Shown here in pieces: positions 8,270 through 18,500 of a stretch of 32,000 nt of DNA (position 1 is the first letter of the stretch; each line of letters begins with the position of its first letter). The notes beneath the pieces are model-generated. The model was not told where the DNA came from and searched no databases. It worked only from the letters and a program-made list of their open reading frames with translations. This DNA is from an uncultured Muribaculaceae bacterium (GTDB lineage Bacteria > Pseudomonadota > Alphaproteobacteria > Rs-D84): contig OZ246409.1 in NCBI GenBank assembly GCA_965231035.1, forward strand, positions 61,101 through 93,100. The letters are read 5' to 3'. A program made the translations under genes and the position numbers.

Positions 8270-8725
8270 AATTCTTTCTTTTTCTCGATTCCATTCGCGT
8301 TGTTTTATTGTTTGACGTTTATCCAGTTGTCTTTTACCGTATCCAATTCCCAACAAGACTTTTAACTTTCCGCGATTATTAAAGTACAATTTTAATGGAA
8401 ATGCAGTTGCACCTTTTTCCTGTAATTTCCCAATTATTCTGTTTATTTGTGAACGATGCAGCAACAACTGGCGAGAACGGCGTTCATCAAAGTTAATTAT
8501 TTTTGCAGCGGTTGGCAGTTTTTGTATTTCCACACCAGCCAAAAATAAATCACCACCACGATTTTGAACAAACCCGTCAATTATATTTACCAAACCATAA
8601 CGAACAGATTTCAATTCTGCACCGGTCAATGAAACTCCAGCCTCGATTGTGTCTTCAATCGAGTAACTGAATCTTGCTTTGCGGTTTTCTGAAACCTGAC
8701 CAAATTTTATTATCTGACGTGGCAT
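8255..8725 (-). CDS. smpB: SsrA-binding protein SmpB
   Basis: 156 aa. ENRKARFSYSIEDTIEAGVSLTGAELKS, GGDLFL and HRSQI motifs, with a basic C-terminal tail. Ends in TGA, so the genome uses the standard code. Confidence 0.93.
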   Translation of the reverse strand: MPRQIIKFGQVSENRKARFSYSIEDTIEAGVSLTGAELKSVRYGLVNIIDGFVQNRGGDLFLAGVEIQKLPTAAKIINFDERRSRQLLLHRSQINRIIGKLQEKGATAFPLKLYFNNRGKLKVLLGIGYGKRQLDKRQTIKQREWNREKERIKKHG

Positions 8726-8726
8726 T

Positions 8727-9485
8727 TTATAATTTTATTTTTGGGTATAAATTTTTTGTATTTTCCATCAGTATAGTTTCCAATTCGCTAATTTGCAACT
8801 TTTTGATTTCGGCCAATACTTTTGCCGTTTCTATAACCATCGCAGGCTGGCATGGTTTTCCGCGAAAGGGAATCGGTGCACACCATGGACTGTCTGTTTC
8901 GATTACAATTCTGTCGGTTGGAATTTTTGAAAATGTTTCACGCAAATCCATAGAATTTTTAAAAGTCAAAATACCACTGGCTGAAATAAAAAATCCACGA
9001 TCCAGCATAACCTTTGCAAATTCCCAAGAACCAGTAAAGCAATGCATTACACCACGGACAGATCCATCCAGAATTGCCATTGTGTCTTCTTCGGCCTCGC
9101 GAGTGTGAATTGCAACGGGCAGATTGTGTTTTTTTGCAATCGCCAATTGTTTTTCAAATAATTCTATTTGTTGTTTTTTATGTTCCGAACCATAGTGGTA
9201 TTCCAAACCAATTTCACCAACGCCCAATACTTTTGGGTTTTCAATAATTGAGTCTGGCAAAATTACATCTGATAAACTTCCAAGATGTTCAGGGTGGACA
9301 CCGATGGTGCAAAAAACATTTTTATATTTTTTTATAATCTCGATTGCGGGTTCGAAATCAACAGGCTCGGCACAGGCACAAATCAATGTGCCAACACCAG
9401 CATCCTTGGCATGATTGATAATCGCGTCCAATTCGTCTGGTTTTGCATATCTGTCGGTCAAATGGCAATGGGTGTCTATAAACAT
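8727..9485 (-). CDS. tatD: TatD-family metal-dependent hydrolase / DNase
   Basis: MFIDTHCHL (HxH), GEIGLEYHY, VAIHTREA, GVMHCFTG and IETDSP motifs. Confidence 0.88.
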   Translation of the reverse strand: MFIDTHCHLTDRYAKPDELDAIINHAKDAGVGTLICACAEPVDFEPAIEIIKKYKNVFCTIGVHPEHLGSLSDVILPDSIIENPKVLGVGEIGLEYHYGSEHKKQQIELFEKQLAIAKKHNLPVAIHTREAEEDTMAILDGSVRGVMHCFTGSWEFAKVMLDRGFFISASGILTFKNSMDLRETFSKIPTDRIVIETDSPWCAPIPFRGKPCQPAMVIETAKVLAEIKKLQISELETILMENTKNLYPKIKL

Positions 9486-10375
9486 TTTTTAATGTCACTT
9501 ATGATTTTAAAAATTGCAACCTCAGGCTCCAGATAAACCCTGGTAATGTCATTCAGGTTGTTGGTTGCGCTTGAATATAAATCAGCCAATCCAAAATATG
9601 CAATAGCATCCAATAAAATTCCATGCAGTTCTGGAAATTCAGCAATCTTTTTTGCCGTATTCATAATGTCCGCAGAATTAGAATTTGGATTTTCCAATAA
9701 TTCTATCAATTCTTCGTAAATTTCATCACCACCGGATTTTTTCAAATTTGCAATTTTACCAAAACTACCATTTGCCAATCGAAGCATCGCAGTACTGATA
9801 TCTTCGTTTGGAATAAATTTTGCACACAGTTCGCGAAGCTCAGAAATACTAAGAGGCGTCATTTTTTCAACGCGCGCACGTGAACGAACTGTTGGCAGAA
9901 CATTTGACAACTGATGCACAATCAATAAAAAGATTGTTCTGGCTGGGGGTTCTTCCAGTAATTTTAACATCGCATTTGACGCGGCTGTATTTAATTCATC
10001 AACCGAGTCGATCAAAACAACTCGCCATTCGCCAGACATAGATGACATTTGCATCTTTTCAATCATTGCACGAATTGTGTAAACAGATATAACTTTGCCA
10101 TCTGTTTTTGGTTTTCCGTCTTTATCAATATTTCTGTCCATATCGATAATAAAAAAATCCCCGACACTGCCATAAACCATTTTCGCAATCTGGTATGCCA
10201 GTGTTGCTTTACCAATTCCATTTGTTCCAGACAATATCCAAACAGGATGAATAGGGTGTTTATCACGATTTTTCCAAGCATTCAGAAATGATTTTAAAAC
10301 ATTTGTATGACCAACCAATGAATCATTATCCATTGGATGAAGAAAGTTATAAGAAGATTCTTTTTTCTTCGCCAT
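9476..10375 (-). CDS. holB: DNA polymerase III subunit delta'
   Basis: HPVWILSGTNGIGKATLA (degenerate P-loop), AASNAMLKLLEEPP and LPTVRSRA clamp-loader motifs. Overlaps tatD by 10 nt. Confidence 0.8.
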   Translation of the reverse strand: MAKKKESSYNFLHPMDNDSLVGHTNVLKSFLNAWKNRDKHPIHPVWILSGTNGIGKATLAYQIAKMVYGSVGDFFIIDMDRNIDKDGKPKTDGKVISVYTIRAMIEKMQMSSMSGEWRVVLIDSVDELNTAASNAMLKLLEEPPARTIFLLIVHQLSNVLPTVRSRARVEKMTPLSISELRELCAKFIPNEDISTAMLRLANGSFGKIANLKKSGGDEIYEELIELLENPNSNSADIMNTAKKIAEFPELHGILLDAIAYFGLADLYSSATNNLNDITRVYLEPEVAIFKIISDIKKCL

Positions 10376-10384
10376 TTTATAAAA

Positions 10385-11566
10385 CTATTTTCCACTTAAT
10401 ATTACTGAAATATTTTTAATAATTCTGCCTATGAATTGTGTTTTGCCAACTTTTTCAGCAGCAACCAAATCGGTACGGGCAATAACTTTGCCGTTCAGGT
10501 CTGCTATAATTTCTCCAACTTTGGCACCTTCTGCAACTGGGGCAGGAATTGGTTCATCATAACGTGCCAGAATTCTTAATCCTTGGGTTGTCTGACCGCG
10601 TTGTAATGTAACAGCAAAAGGTTTTTTGACAGTTGCATTTACAAATTCGTGGCGTCCGTACCAAACTGGAATTTTTGCGATTTTTTCACCAGCTTTGTAA
10701 AACATTTTATTTGTTGTAGATGAAAATCCATAGTTCAACATTCTTTTCATTTCATTAGCCAAGGCATCGTGGTTTTTAACTTGTAATCCGTTTATAACAG
10801 CAACGATTCTGCGACCACCTATTTTTGCACTGGCGACCATACCGAAACCGCCCTCGGTTGTATGTCCTGTTTTTAAACCATCTGCCCCAGGCATCAAGAA
10901 TAACAATCTGTTATAATTCAATGTGTGTGTGCTGCCCCATTTTTCGCACCAAGAATCTTTATAATTGTTGTATTCAAAACGCCTTGTCGCGAACAAAGGA
11001 TACATTTCAGGATAATCTGAAATTATATGTGTCCCCAAGATTGCTAATTCACGCGTAGTCATCAAATTATTCGGGTCTGGTAATCCACTGGCATTACCGA
11101 ACGTGGATGATGTCATACCGTATTTACGTGCTTTTTTCTGCATTAATCTGGTGAAGTCTGATTCTGAACCTGCAATTTTTTCCGCTGCGACAACGCCTGC
11201 GTCACCGCCAGATAAAACAATCAAACCCATAACCGCATCACGAACTTTTAACTTCTGACCACGCGACAAGCAAATCTTGCTGGCGGTGTCCCAAACTGGG
11301 TTCTTATAGTCTGCATTTTCGCTGACCGTCATAGTGTCATCCATTTTTAAATCGCCAGATTTAATATTGTCGAACAAGATTGCCAAAGTCATCAATTTAA
11401 TCATAGAAGATGGTGGCATTAAAACATCCGAATTCTTGGTGTAAAGTTCTGCACCAGAATCATAGTCAATCATATAGGCAGATTTGGCACTGGTTGAAAA
11501 AGCAAACGCGGCATTTGTTATTCCCAATAAAGATACAAACGATAAAATATAAACAATTTTTTTCAT
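10385..11566 (-). CDS. D-alanyl-D-alanine carboxypeptidase (PBP5/6 class, peptidase S11)
   Basis: Start at ATG 11566 with GAGGTG RBS and signal peptide MKKIVYILSFVSLLGITNAAFA. SMIK (SxxK) and KTGHT (KTG) motifs. The track's longer N-terminus would overlap mtaB. Confidence 0.85.
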   Translation of the reverse strand: MKKIVYILSFVSLLGITNAAFAFSTSAKSAYMIDYDSGAELYTKNSDVLMPPSSMIKLMTLAILFDNIKSGDLKMDDTMTVSENADYKNPVWDTASKICLSRGQKLKVRDAVMGLIVLSGGDAGVVAAEKIAGSESDFTRLMQKKARKYGMTSSTFGNASGLPDPNNLMTTRELAILGTHIISDYPEMYPLFATRRFEYNNYKDSWCEKWGSTHTLNYNRLLFLMPGADGLKTGHTTEGGFGMVASAKIGGRRIVAVINGLQVKNHDALANEMKRMLNYGFSSTTNKMFYKAGEKIAKIPVWYGRHEFVNATVKKPFAVTLQRGQTTQGLRILARYDEPIPAPVAEGAKVGEIIADLNGKVIARTDLVAAEKVGKTQFIGRIIKNISVILSGK

Positions 11567-11588
11567 ATAATCACCTCTGGTTGCAAGC

Positions 11589-12806
11589 TTAGCAAATTTT
11601 ACCCGTAAAATGCAAATCAGAAATACCCAAAATTTCCAAGTTGCAAACTGTTTTTGCAGGTATTTTTTCGCCTTCAATTTTAATCTCAATATCATCTGGA
11701 GTACGGGCGACATTTCTTTCTTCAACCAGAACTTGGCATATTGTTCCGATTTTAGATTTCATAAATTCAAATTTATTTTCATCACCAATATCAGAAAGTA
11801 TTTTAACACGTTTTTTTGATTCAGATTTATCGACTTGTCCTGACATTTCCGCTGCAACAGTTCCGGGACGTGCAGAATACGGAAAAGCATGAATTTTAAT
11901 AGGCTTTAATTTTTGTGCCAAATCAGCAGTTTCTGCGAACAATTCATTGGTTTCGCCTGGAAACCCGCAAATTATATCCCAACTGAAAGAAACAAATTTA
12001 TCCGACATAATTTTTTGAACCATTTCAGAATTATGTCTGCGACGCATTAATCCCAGTATTTTATTACTGCCTGACTGCATAGAAAGGTGCAGGTGCGGCA
12101 TCATTCTGGGTTCTGATTTCATCAATTCAATAATTTTGAATATTTCTGGGGATGCTGGATCCATCGAAGACAAACGCAATCGCTGAATTTTTGGAACATC
12201 CTGTAACAGTCTTTTGCAAATATCCGATATAAAAGAACCTTTGTCGGCATAACAAGCAATATCAACACCCGTCAGAACAATTTCATAAAACCCATTTTTA
12301 ACAGCATTTTCAGCTTCGGATAAGATTTTTTCGTATGGAAATGATACGCTTTTACCCCTTAACAGTCTGGTTATGCAATAAGTGCATTCATGATTACAAC
12401 CGTTTTGAATTTGTATAAATTGCTTGGAAAGTTTTGATTCGTGGTGATTGAATTTTGATATTTCTGGCTGGGTCTTGAAACAAGGCGAAGTTTCTAAGGC
12501 ATTGGAATAAGCATCCAGATTCAGCTTTTCTTTATTTTCTATGACGATAGTGTTTGGAATCTCGGCAAACAAAATGGGATTTCTGGTCGAAGCACACCCA
12601 GTTACAAAAATAGGTGCGTTTGGGTTTTCTCGGGCAAGTCGGCGTACAGCTTGGGCGGATTGTCGTTCGGCCTCGGCTGTGACTGAACAAGTATTAACAA
12701 CAATCGCACAATCCAGCACAGGCGATAACAAATCCCTGATTTTTTCAGTTTCTAATGCGTTCAAACGGCATCCGAAAGATAAAGTTTTTATATTTTTTTC
12801 TTGCAT
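11589..12806 (-). CDS. mtaB: MiaB-like radical-SAM methylthiotransferase, MtaB type
   Basis: UPF0004 N-domain (SFGCRLNALE, VVNTCSVT), radical-SAM CNHECTYC and a C-terminal TRAM-like region. Confidence 0.72.
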   Translation of the reverse strand: MQEKNIKTLSFGCRLNALETEKIRDLLSPVLDCAIVVNTCSVTAEAERQSAQAVRRLARENPNAPIFVTGCASTRNPILFAEIPNTIVIENKEKLNLDAYSNALETSPCFKTQPEISKFNHHESKLSKQFIQIQNGCNHECTYCITRLLRGKSVSFPYEKILSEAENAVKNGFYEIVLTGVDIACYADKGSFISDICKRLLQDVPKIQRLRLSSMDPASPEIFKIIELMKSEPRMMPHLHLSMQSGSNKILGLMRRRHNSEMVQKIMSDKFVSFSWDIICGFPGETNELFAETADLAQKLKPIKIHAFPYSARPGTVAAEMSGQVDKSESKKRVKILSDIGDENKFEFMKSKIGTICQVLVEERNVARTPDDIEIKIEGEKIPAKTVCNLEILGISDLHFTGKIC

Positions 12807-12876
12807 TTTAATAGACCTTGGGGCATTATAACCGGGCTAAATGCAGTTATCAAATGTTTTTATAAAGGATTTTAAA

Positions 12877-13239
12877 ATGTCGCGCACAACAAATTCTGAT
12901 ACTTTGCCACTTGTAGAAAGCCGTTACGAGTTGGGTATGTTGGCTTCGCAACGCGTTCGCGATTTGAACGGTGGGGCTGAACCTGTCGCAGAAAAAAAAG
13001 GCGATAAGCCTACAGTTATGGCTTTGCGTGAAATTGCATCCAAAAAATTGGATATGAATAAACTGCGTCATGAATTCGTTCAGTCGTACAAAGAAACACC
13101 AGTTATGAGTGAAGACGATATTTCTTTGGAAGTTAAATCCGAAGATCCATTGCTGCGTGAAATTGACGCTGAACTTCAAAATACAATCGTTGCAGAACCA
13201 GCAGGTTCTGAAGAAATTGAACCAGCAGAAGCTGAATAA
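12877..13239 (+). CDS. rpoZ: DNA-directed RNA polymerase subunit omega
   Basis: Start at ATG 12877 with AAAGGA RBS. SRYELGMLASQRVRDL...KPTVMALREIA is the omega signature. The acidic C-terminal extension is as seen in alphaproteobacterial omega. Confidence 0.85.
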   Translation: MSRTTNSDTLPLVESRYELGMLASQRVRDLNGGAEPVAEKKGDKPTVMALREIASKKLDMNKLRHEFVQSYKETPVMSEDDISLEVKSEDPLLREIDAELQNTIVAEPAGSEEIEPAEAE

Positions 13240-13255
13240 ATTCTATATAACCCCC

Positions 13256-13346
13256 GGAGACGTCGCATAGCTGGCCTAGTGCGCTTGCTTGGAAAGCAAG
13301 TATACTCGAAAGGGTATCAAGGGTTCGAATCCCTTCGTCTCCGCCA
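13256..13346 (+). tRNA. tRNA-Ser (anticodon GGA), CCA encoded
   Basis: GGAGACG acceptor pairs with CGTCTCC. Anticodon arm CTTGC-TTGGAAA-GCAAG, long variable arm TATACTCGAAAGGGTATC, T-arm AAGGG-TTCGAAT-CCCTT, then GCCA. Confidence 0.93.
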
Positions 13347-13364
13347 GAAGTTTTTGCTTAAAAT

Positions 13365-13392
13365 AAAAACCGGAATAACTTCCGGCTTTTTT
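13365..13392. terminator. bidirectional intrinsic terminator
   Basis: AAAAACCGGAA-TAAC-TTCCGGCTTTTTT sits between tRNA-Ser (+) and the exonuclease gene (-). Confidence 0.7.
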
Positions 13393-14224
13393 ATTCTATT
13401 CCAATACTGCTCAGTAAAGAATTTATATTCTGGGAAACTTTTTTCTGATCCACATCCGGCAGCTTGCCTTTGATAAACTCTTTTAATGCAATATTATCGG
13501 TCATAGGAATATTTTTTTGATTCTTTAAAACCAAACTTTTGTGTGATTTTAATTTCTCGGCAATACTTGCGGGGATTTTATTTATAGATTTATAAATTCC
13601 TGCAATGTTTTTATATTCATTCAAAAGCTTAGCGGCGGTTTTTGGACCAATCCCGGGAATACCAGAAAAACTATCGTTCTCGTCGCCGACCATAGCCTGA
13701 AAATCAACATATTGTTCTGGCTTTATTCCAAATTTTTGTTTAATAAATTTTACATCATGCAATGTAATCAGACCGTGCAGGTTTCGTGCCAGTGAAATAT
13801 CTTTGGAAATTAATTGAACAAAGTCATAATCACCAGAGGATATTTGAACTTTATCACCTTTTTTTGCCCATGATTTTGCAAGGCTGGCAATGATATTATC
13901 TGCTTTTATTTTGGAATATTGAACCCATTTAATATTAACTTTGTTCAGCAATTTTTGAACAATCATTTGTTGGTCAATTAATGAACGCAATTCTTTTAAT
14001 TCTTGGGATTTTTTTTCTTGTAATTTTTCTTGGAACCACTTTTTTGAATCAAAAACTATGAATAATTTATTTTTTGGGAATTTTTTTATAATTACTCGCA
14101 ACAAAGCAAAAAAACCATAAACCGCGTCCATTCGAATTTTGTTCTTGGTGGATGCTTTGTCTAGGACTCCATAAAAAGCACCATATATATAACTGTGACC
14201 GTCAATAATAGTCAGATTCGACAT
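13391..14224 (-). CDS. stand-alone 5'-3' exonuclease / flap endonuclease (Pol I N-terminal domain homologue)
   Basis: LTIIDGHSYIY, AVYGF, VFDS, SGDYDFVQL and the H3TH motif GDENDSFSGIPGIGPKTAAKLL. No polymerase domain follows. Confidence 0.8.
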   Translation of the reverse strand: MSNLTIIDGHSYIYGAFYGVLDKASTKNKIRMDAVYGFFALLRVIIKKFPKNKLFIVFDSKKWFQEKLQEKKSQELKELRSLIDQQMIVQKLLNKVNIKWVQYSKIKADNIIASLAKSWAKKGDKVQISSGDYDFVQLISKDISLARNLHGLITLHDVKFIKQKFGIKPEQYVDFQAMVGDENDSFSGIPGIGPKTAAKLLNEYKNIAGIYKSINKIPASIAEKLKSHKSLVLKNQKNIPMTDNIALKEFIKGKLPDVDQKKVSQNINSLLSSIGIE

Positions 14225-14336
14225 AGCTGAATCCTTTTGGCTTTTGGGGAATTTATAATCATTATATCACAAATCAAGAGTGATTGCTGTAAGATTTTTT
14301 ATCACAATATCAATGGGTTAAGATATCTATTTAATA

Positions 14337-15500
14337 TCAAGCATAATTACCGGCGGTAAAACCACTTGCAAAAGCAAAATGCAAATTAAAACCACCCAAG
14401 TCGCCTGCGATATCCAGCACTTCGCCAGCAAAGTACAAACCTGGACATAATTTTGATTCCATTGTTTTTGAAGAAATAAATTCAGTTGAAACACCACCAA
14501 CTGTAACTTCGGCTTTTTCAAACCCAAGTCTTTTTAATTCTTCGGGTGGTATTAAAAAATTATTAATTCTTTCTGCTATGACCTTAATTTCTGTGTCCTT
14601 AAAATCAGCAATATTTTTAGTTCCATCCGGATTACAAATCCATTTAGCAAAATTTAAAGGCAAATGCATAGAAAGCAAATTTTGTAAAGATTTTTTTCCT
14701 TCGATTTTTTTTATTTTTATCAACCAATCATAAACATCAATACGTGGTAAAAAATTTATATAAATATCTTTATTCAAATCAAATAACGAGGTCCGATAAG
14801 CCAATGGCCCACCAATTCCAAAATGTGTAAATAAAAGTGAATCTTGAATCTTTTTTTTACCAATTTTTATTTCTGAATCAACGGAAATTCCAGACAATTC
14901 AGATGAAAACAGTTTCGTTTTTAATCCTGTTAATCCGGGCTGAACAGGGATTATTTTATGTCCAAATTTCTTTGCAATTATATAACCAAAATCAGAAGTG
15001 TTCAAAGCAGGGTAAGAAACACCACCAGTTGCAATTATCACAGATTTACTTTGGTAAACATTATTTTTAGATTGAACTTCAAAATATTCGCCTGATTTTT
15101 CTATATCTGTAACGGTTGTATTTGTAAAAATATCTACACCGTTAATATCTTGTAACATTGTTGAAACAAAATCAGAACTGTTGGTTGCACAAAAGAATTG
15201 TCCAGCTGTTTTTTCAACGTATTTCAAATTATGACGCTTTGCCCAATCCAAAATATCAGTTGGTTTTAACTTTGATAAAACAGACCTAACAAAATCAGGG
15301 TTTTTTCCAAAATATCTATCTGCGGAAACTGCCAAATTTGTAAAATTGCAACGACCGCCACCAGAAACTAAAACTTTGCGGGCAGGTTTTTCACCCATAT
15401 CCAAAATTGCAACTGTGCGACCATTTGAAAGCGCAGACGATGCTGCAAAAATCCCCGCAGCACCGCCACCTATAATAATTACATCATATTTTTTAATCAT
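14337..15500 (-). CDS. NAD(P)/FAD-dependent oxidoreductase, HI0933/BaiN family
   Basis: YDVIIIGGGAAGIFAA dinucleotide-binding motif, SGGGRCNFTN and the C-terminal GLYFAGEVLDIAGDLGGFNLHFAFASG. Confidence 0.85.
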   Translation of the reverse strand: MIKKYDVIIIGGGAAGIFAASSALSNGRTVAILDMGEKPARKVLVSGGGRCNFTNLAVSADRYFGKNPDFVRSVLSKLKPTDILDWAKRHNLKYVEKTAGQFFCATNSSDFVSTMLQDINGVDIFTNTTVTDIEKSGEYFEVQSKNNVYQSKSVIIATGGVSYPALNTSDFGYIIAKKFGHKIIPVQPGLTGLKTKLFSSELSGISVDSEIKIGKKKIQDSLLFTHFGIGGPLAYRTSLFDLNKDIYINFLPRIDVYDWLIKIKKIEGKKSLQNLLSMHLPLNFAKWICNPDGTKNIADFKDTEIKVIAERINNFLIPPEELKRLGFEKAEVTVGGVSTEFISSKTMESKLCPGLYFAGEVLDIAGDLGGFNLHFAFASGFTAGNYA

Positions 15501-15521
15501 GAAAAATTTTTCACAAATTTA

Positions 15522-18500
15522 TTATACAGTGTCGTGACCACCACTTGAACCGCCGTCATAAGAACCATAAGATGGCCACATTGTATATCCGTCTTTACAT
15601 TGACGATTACATTTCTTTGTGGATGAATTCCAAATCATTGTTCCAGTGTCATCTTCATATCCGCTGATATCACAAATAGGGTCACATTGATTATGGTCTA
15701 AGTTGTATAACTCTCCTTGATACATACAAGAAGCAATTTCACAACCACGAGCATAGCTGCTGACTGCTGGTTCGTTCAATATACTGTATTTGTTTTTGCA
15801 CTGACCGCATGGTTTTGTATGATCATTAGTTTCAGAATACTCAGATGTATATCCTGGGTTACAAGATTTTACCTGGCATGCACCCCAAGAATTAGTAGAG
15901 CTATTCCATTCCTTGGTTCCTGAACCATTATCAATCACACAATCTTGTTCATCCGGAACGCAAGTATTAGATGATACATGATATCCATCAACACAAGTTT
16001 GGACTTTGCATGTGCTGTAAGAATTCTTAGATGTATTCCAAATCTTAGAAGCTGATTCTGCATTAGAAACACTGCAATCTATTGTATTTTCTTCACAAGA
16101 TTGTCCATTTGGATGATATCCGGATACGCAAGATTCAACTTCGCAATTGTTTCCGGATTTATACGATACAGCGTTATCACGATCGCAAGGCTGACATACC
16201 CCATTTACCATTTCATATGAGTTTGAACAAGTTGTTGAAATTAAACATATTGGGTCTGATGTATAACCACTGTTATCGTAATGATAACCACCGGGTGTCG
16301 GAATATAAGTTCCCGGGCATGACGCCAGATATACACAATAGTTTGGATAATTTTCTGTTGTGTTCTTTGGTGTTTTAACGGCACCTGTTGGTGGTGCAAT
16401 ACTTACAGTAGAGCATGTTTGATAGCAATCATTAACAGAATCATGATCTATTGGGAGCGTTTTCCCAGTGATATGATATCCGCTTGAAGTGTCACAAGTG
16501 TTCAATATAGAAATATTTCCATATGTTACCGTATTTGTATCTATGTATTTATCATTAGTTGAAAGAACTGTACAACTGTGTCCAGCAATTGAAACATACT
16601 GACCTGGGGTGCATATGATTGCACATTGGCTTTGGCTTGTTAAACCTGTACCACCATTGATGTAATCTACAGGACAGTTATAATTTCCCCCACCTATGCC
16701 TGTACCATAATAAACCAATTCGCCGGGGCAATAGTAACCAGCAGGGCATGTTATACAAGTTCCTAAGTCACCAGAATCAATTCCATCTACATAAGTCCCA
16801 GCAGGGCAATTTATAGCACATTGATCTTGACTTGATAATCCGATTCCACCATCTACATTATTAGCAGGACATTCTGTTGGAGAATTTGTATTTCCGTACA
16901 AAATAAGTGCAGACGGACAATAATTACCAGCAGTGCAAGTTGTAGCAGTTGTATCATTTGCGTTTGCAATATAAGTACCGGCAGTTGTTTGTATTTGACA
17001 CTGATTCTGATCAGTTAAACCAGTTCCACCATCTACATAATTAGTTGGGCAAGTTGTTAATCCACCTGTGCTGCCATAAGAAACCAACGTAGATGGACAG
17101 TAATTTCCAGCAGTGCAGGTTGTAGCAGTCGTAGCATTAGCAGTTGCAATATAATTACCAGCTGTTGTTTGCCATTTACATCCTGTTTGAGTAGTTACGC
17201 CAGTTCCACCATTTACATAATTAGTTGGGCAAGTTGTTAATCCACCTGTGCTGCCATAAGAAACCAACGTAGATGGACAGTAATTTCCAGCAGTGCAGGT
17301 TGTAGCAGTCGTAGCATTAGCAGTTGCAATATAATTACCAGCTGTTGTTTGCCATTTACATCCTGTTTGAGTAGTTACGCCAGTTCCACCATTTACATAA
17401 TTAGTTGGGCAAGTTGTTAATCCACCTGTGCTGCCATAAGAAACCAACGTAGATGGACAGTAATTTCCAGCAGTGCAGGTTGTAGCAGTCGTAGCATTAG
17501 CAGTTGCAATATAATTACCAGCTGTTGTTTGCCATTTACATCCTGTTTGAGTAGTTACGCCAGTTCCACCATTTACATAATTAGTTGGGCATGTAGATAA
17601 ACCAGTATTAGTAGCTGTTGAATTAGTTGCAGTTACACCTGCACAATAATTACCAGCGGTACAAGCAGAACAGGCACGACTGGTCTCGGTTGTATTATAT
17701 AAAAAGTAATTACCAGCAGAACAAGTCAAACTCCAAGGACAAGCATTAGCCCCACTACCAGTTCCAACATAGCTGGCAGCACTTGGTTTATTAGAACAGC
17801 TTGTACAGCTTTGTATTGCAGCACCATAATAATATGTTCCAGCTGCACGGTATGTTCCAGAAGAACAAGTACTGATTATATTACTGTTTGCTGTGGATAT
17901 GTATTTATCTGCAGTCAGAATAGTATTTGGAATATAACAAGCAGTATTTGCAGAAGATCCCGAAACAGAACTAGTATAATTACTTCCCAGTGTTGTACAT
18001 GCTGTAATACCTTGATCTGAAGAGCTTAGACCAAATACTCCGCCCAGACAATAATTTCCGGCAGTACATGTTGAACAGGTTGATGAATTTCCGGGTAAAT
18101 ATTGACCAGGATCACATGTTGCACTAGATTGTGTCCAATGTGCATATAGTGTTGCACCAGAAGTTTTATCCCATACTCGCGCAGATGCACCAGAAGATGT
18201 GTAATACTGGGTTCCACCACTTATCGCATCATAGTAACCTACGAATACATAATTTGTAAGTGTCGGCATAGTTGCAGTTGGCATTGCAGAATTATATGGT
18301 GCAATAACAGATGCAGTTCCCCCAGTTCCACCTTGTGCATCAAGTGTTACTAAATATGTAATTGGTGAACAAGTATCTCCTGAAATACCATATCCAGCTG
18401 CACAACTTATTACTGTGCATAAATTATTTGTAACGTTCTCGCTGAAATCCCAAGTCGCTACATCCCATTCTGTTTCATAACCAGTATAATTAGAGCAGTT

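Noticed and set aside
11567-11725. Long N-terminal extension of the carboxypeptidase ORF (start at 11725)
   Set aside because: It would overlap the 3' end of mtaB by 137 nt. The internal ATG at 11566 has a GAGGTG RBS and is followed immediately by a typical signal peptide.
13279-13473. ORF 13279..13473 (+) overlapping tRNA-Ser, and ORF 31653..31910 (-) overlapping tRNA-Arg
   Set aside because: Both begin inside well-folded tRNA genes and run through terminator hairpins.
17041-17580. Regularly spaced identical repeats that could be mistaken for a CRISPR-like array
   Set aside because: The units are contiguous with no spacers, are 180 bp long, and lie in frame inside a long ORF. This is a protein-coding tandem repeat.
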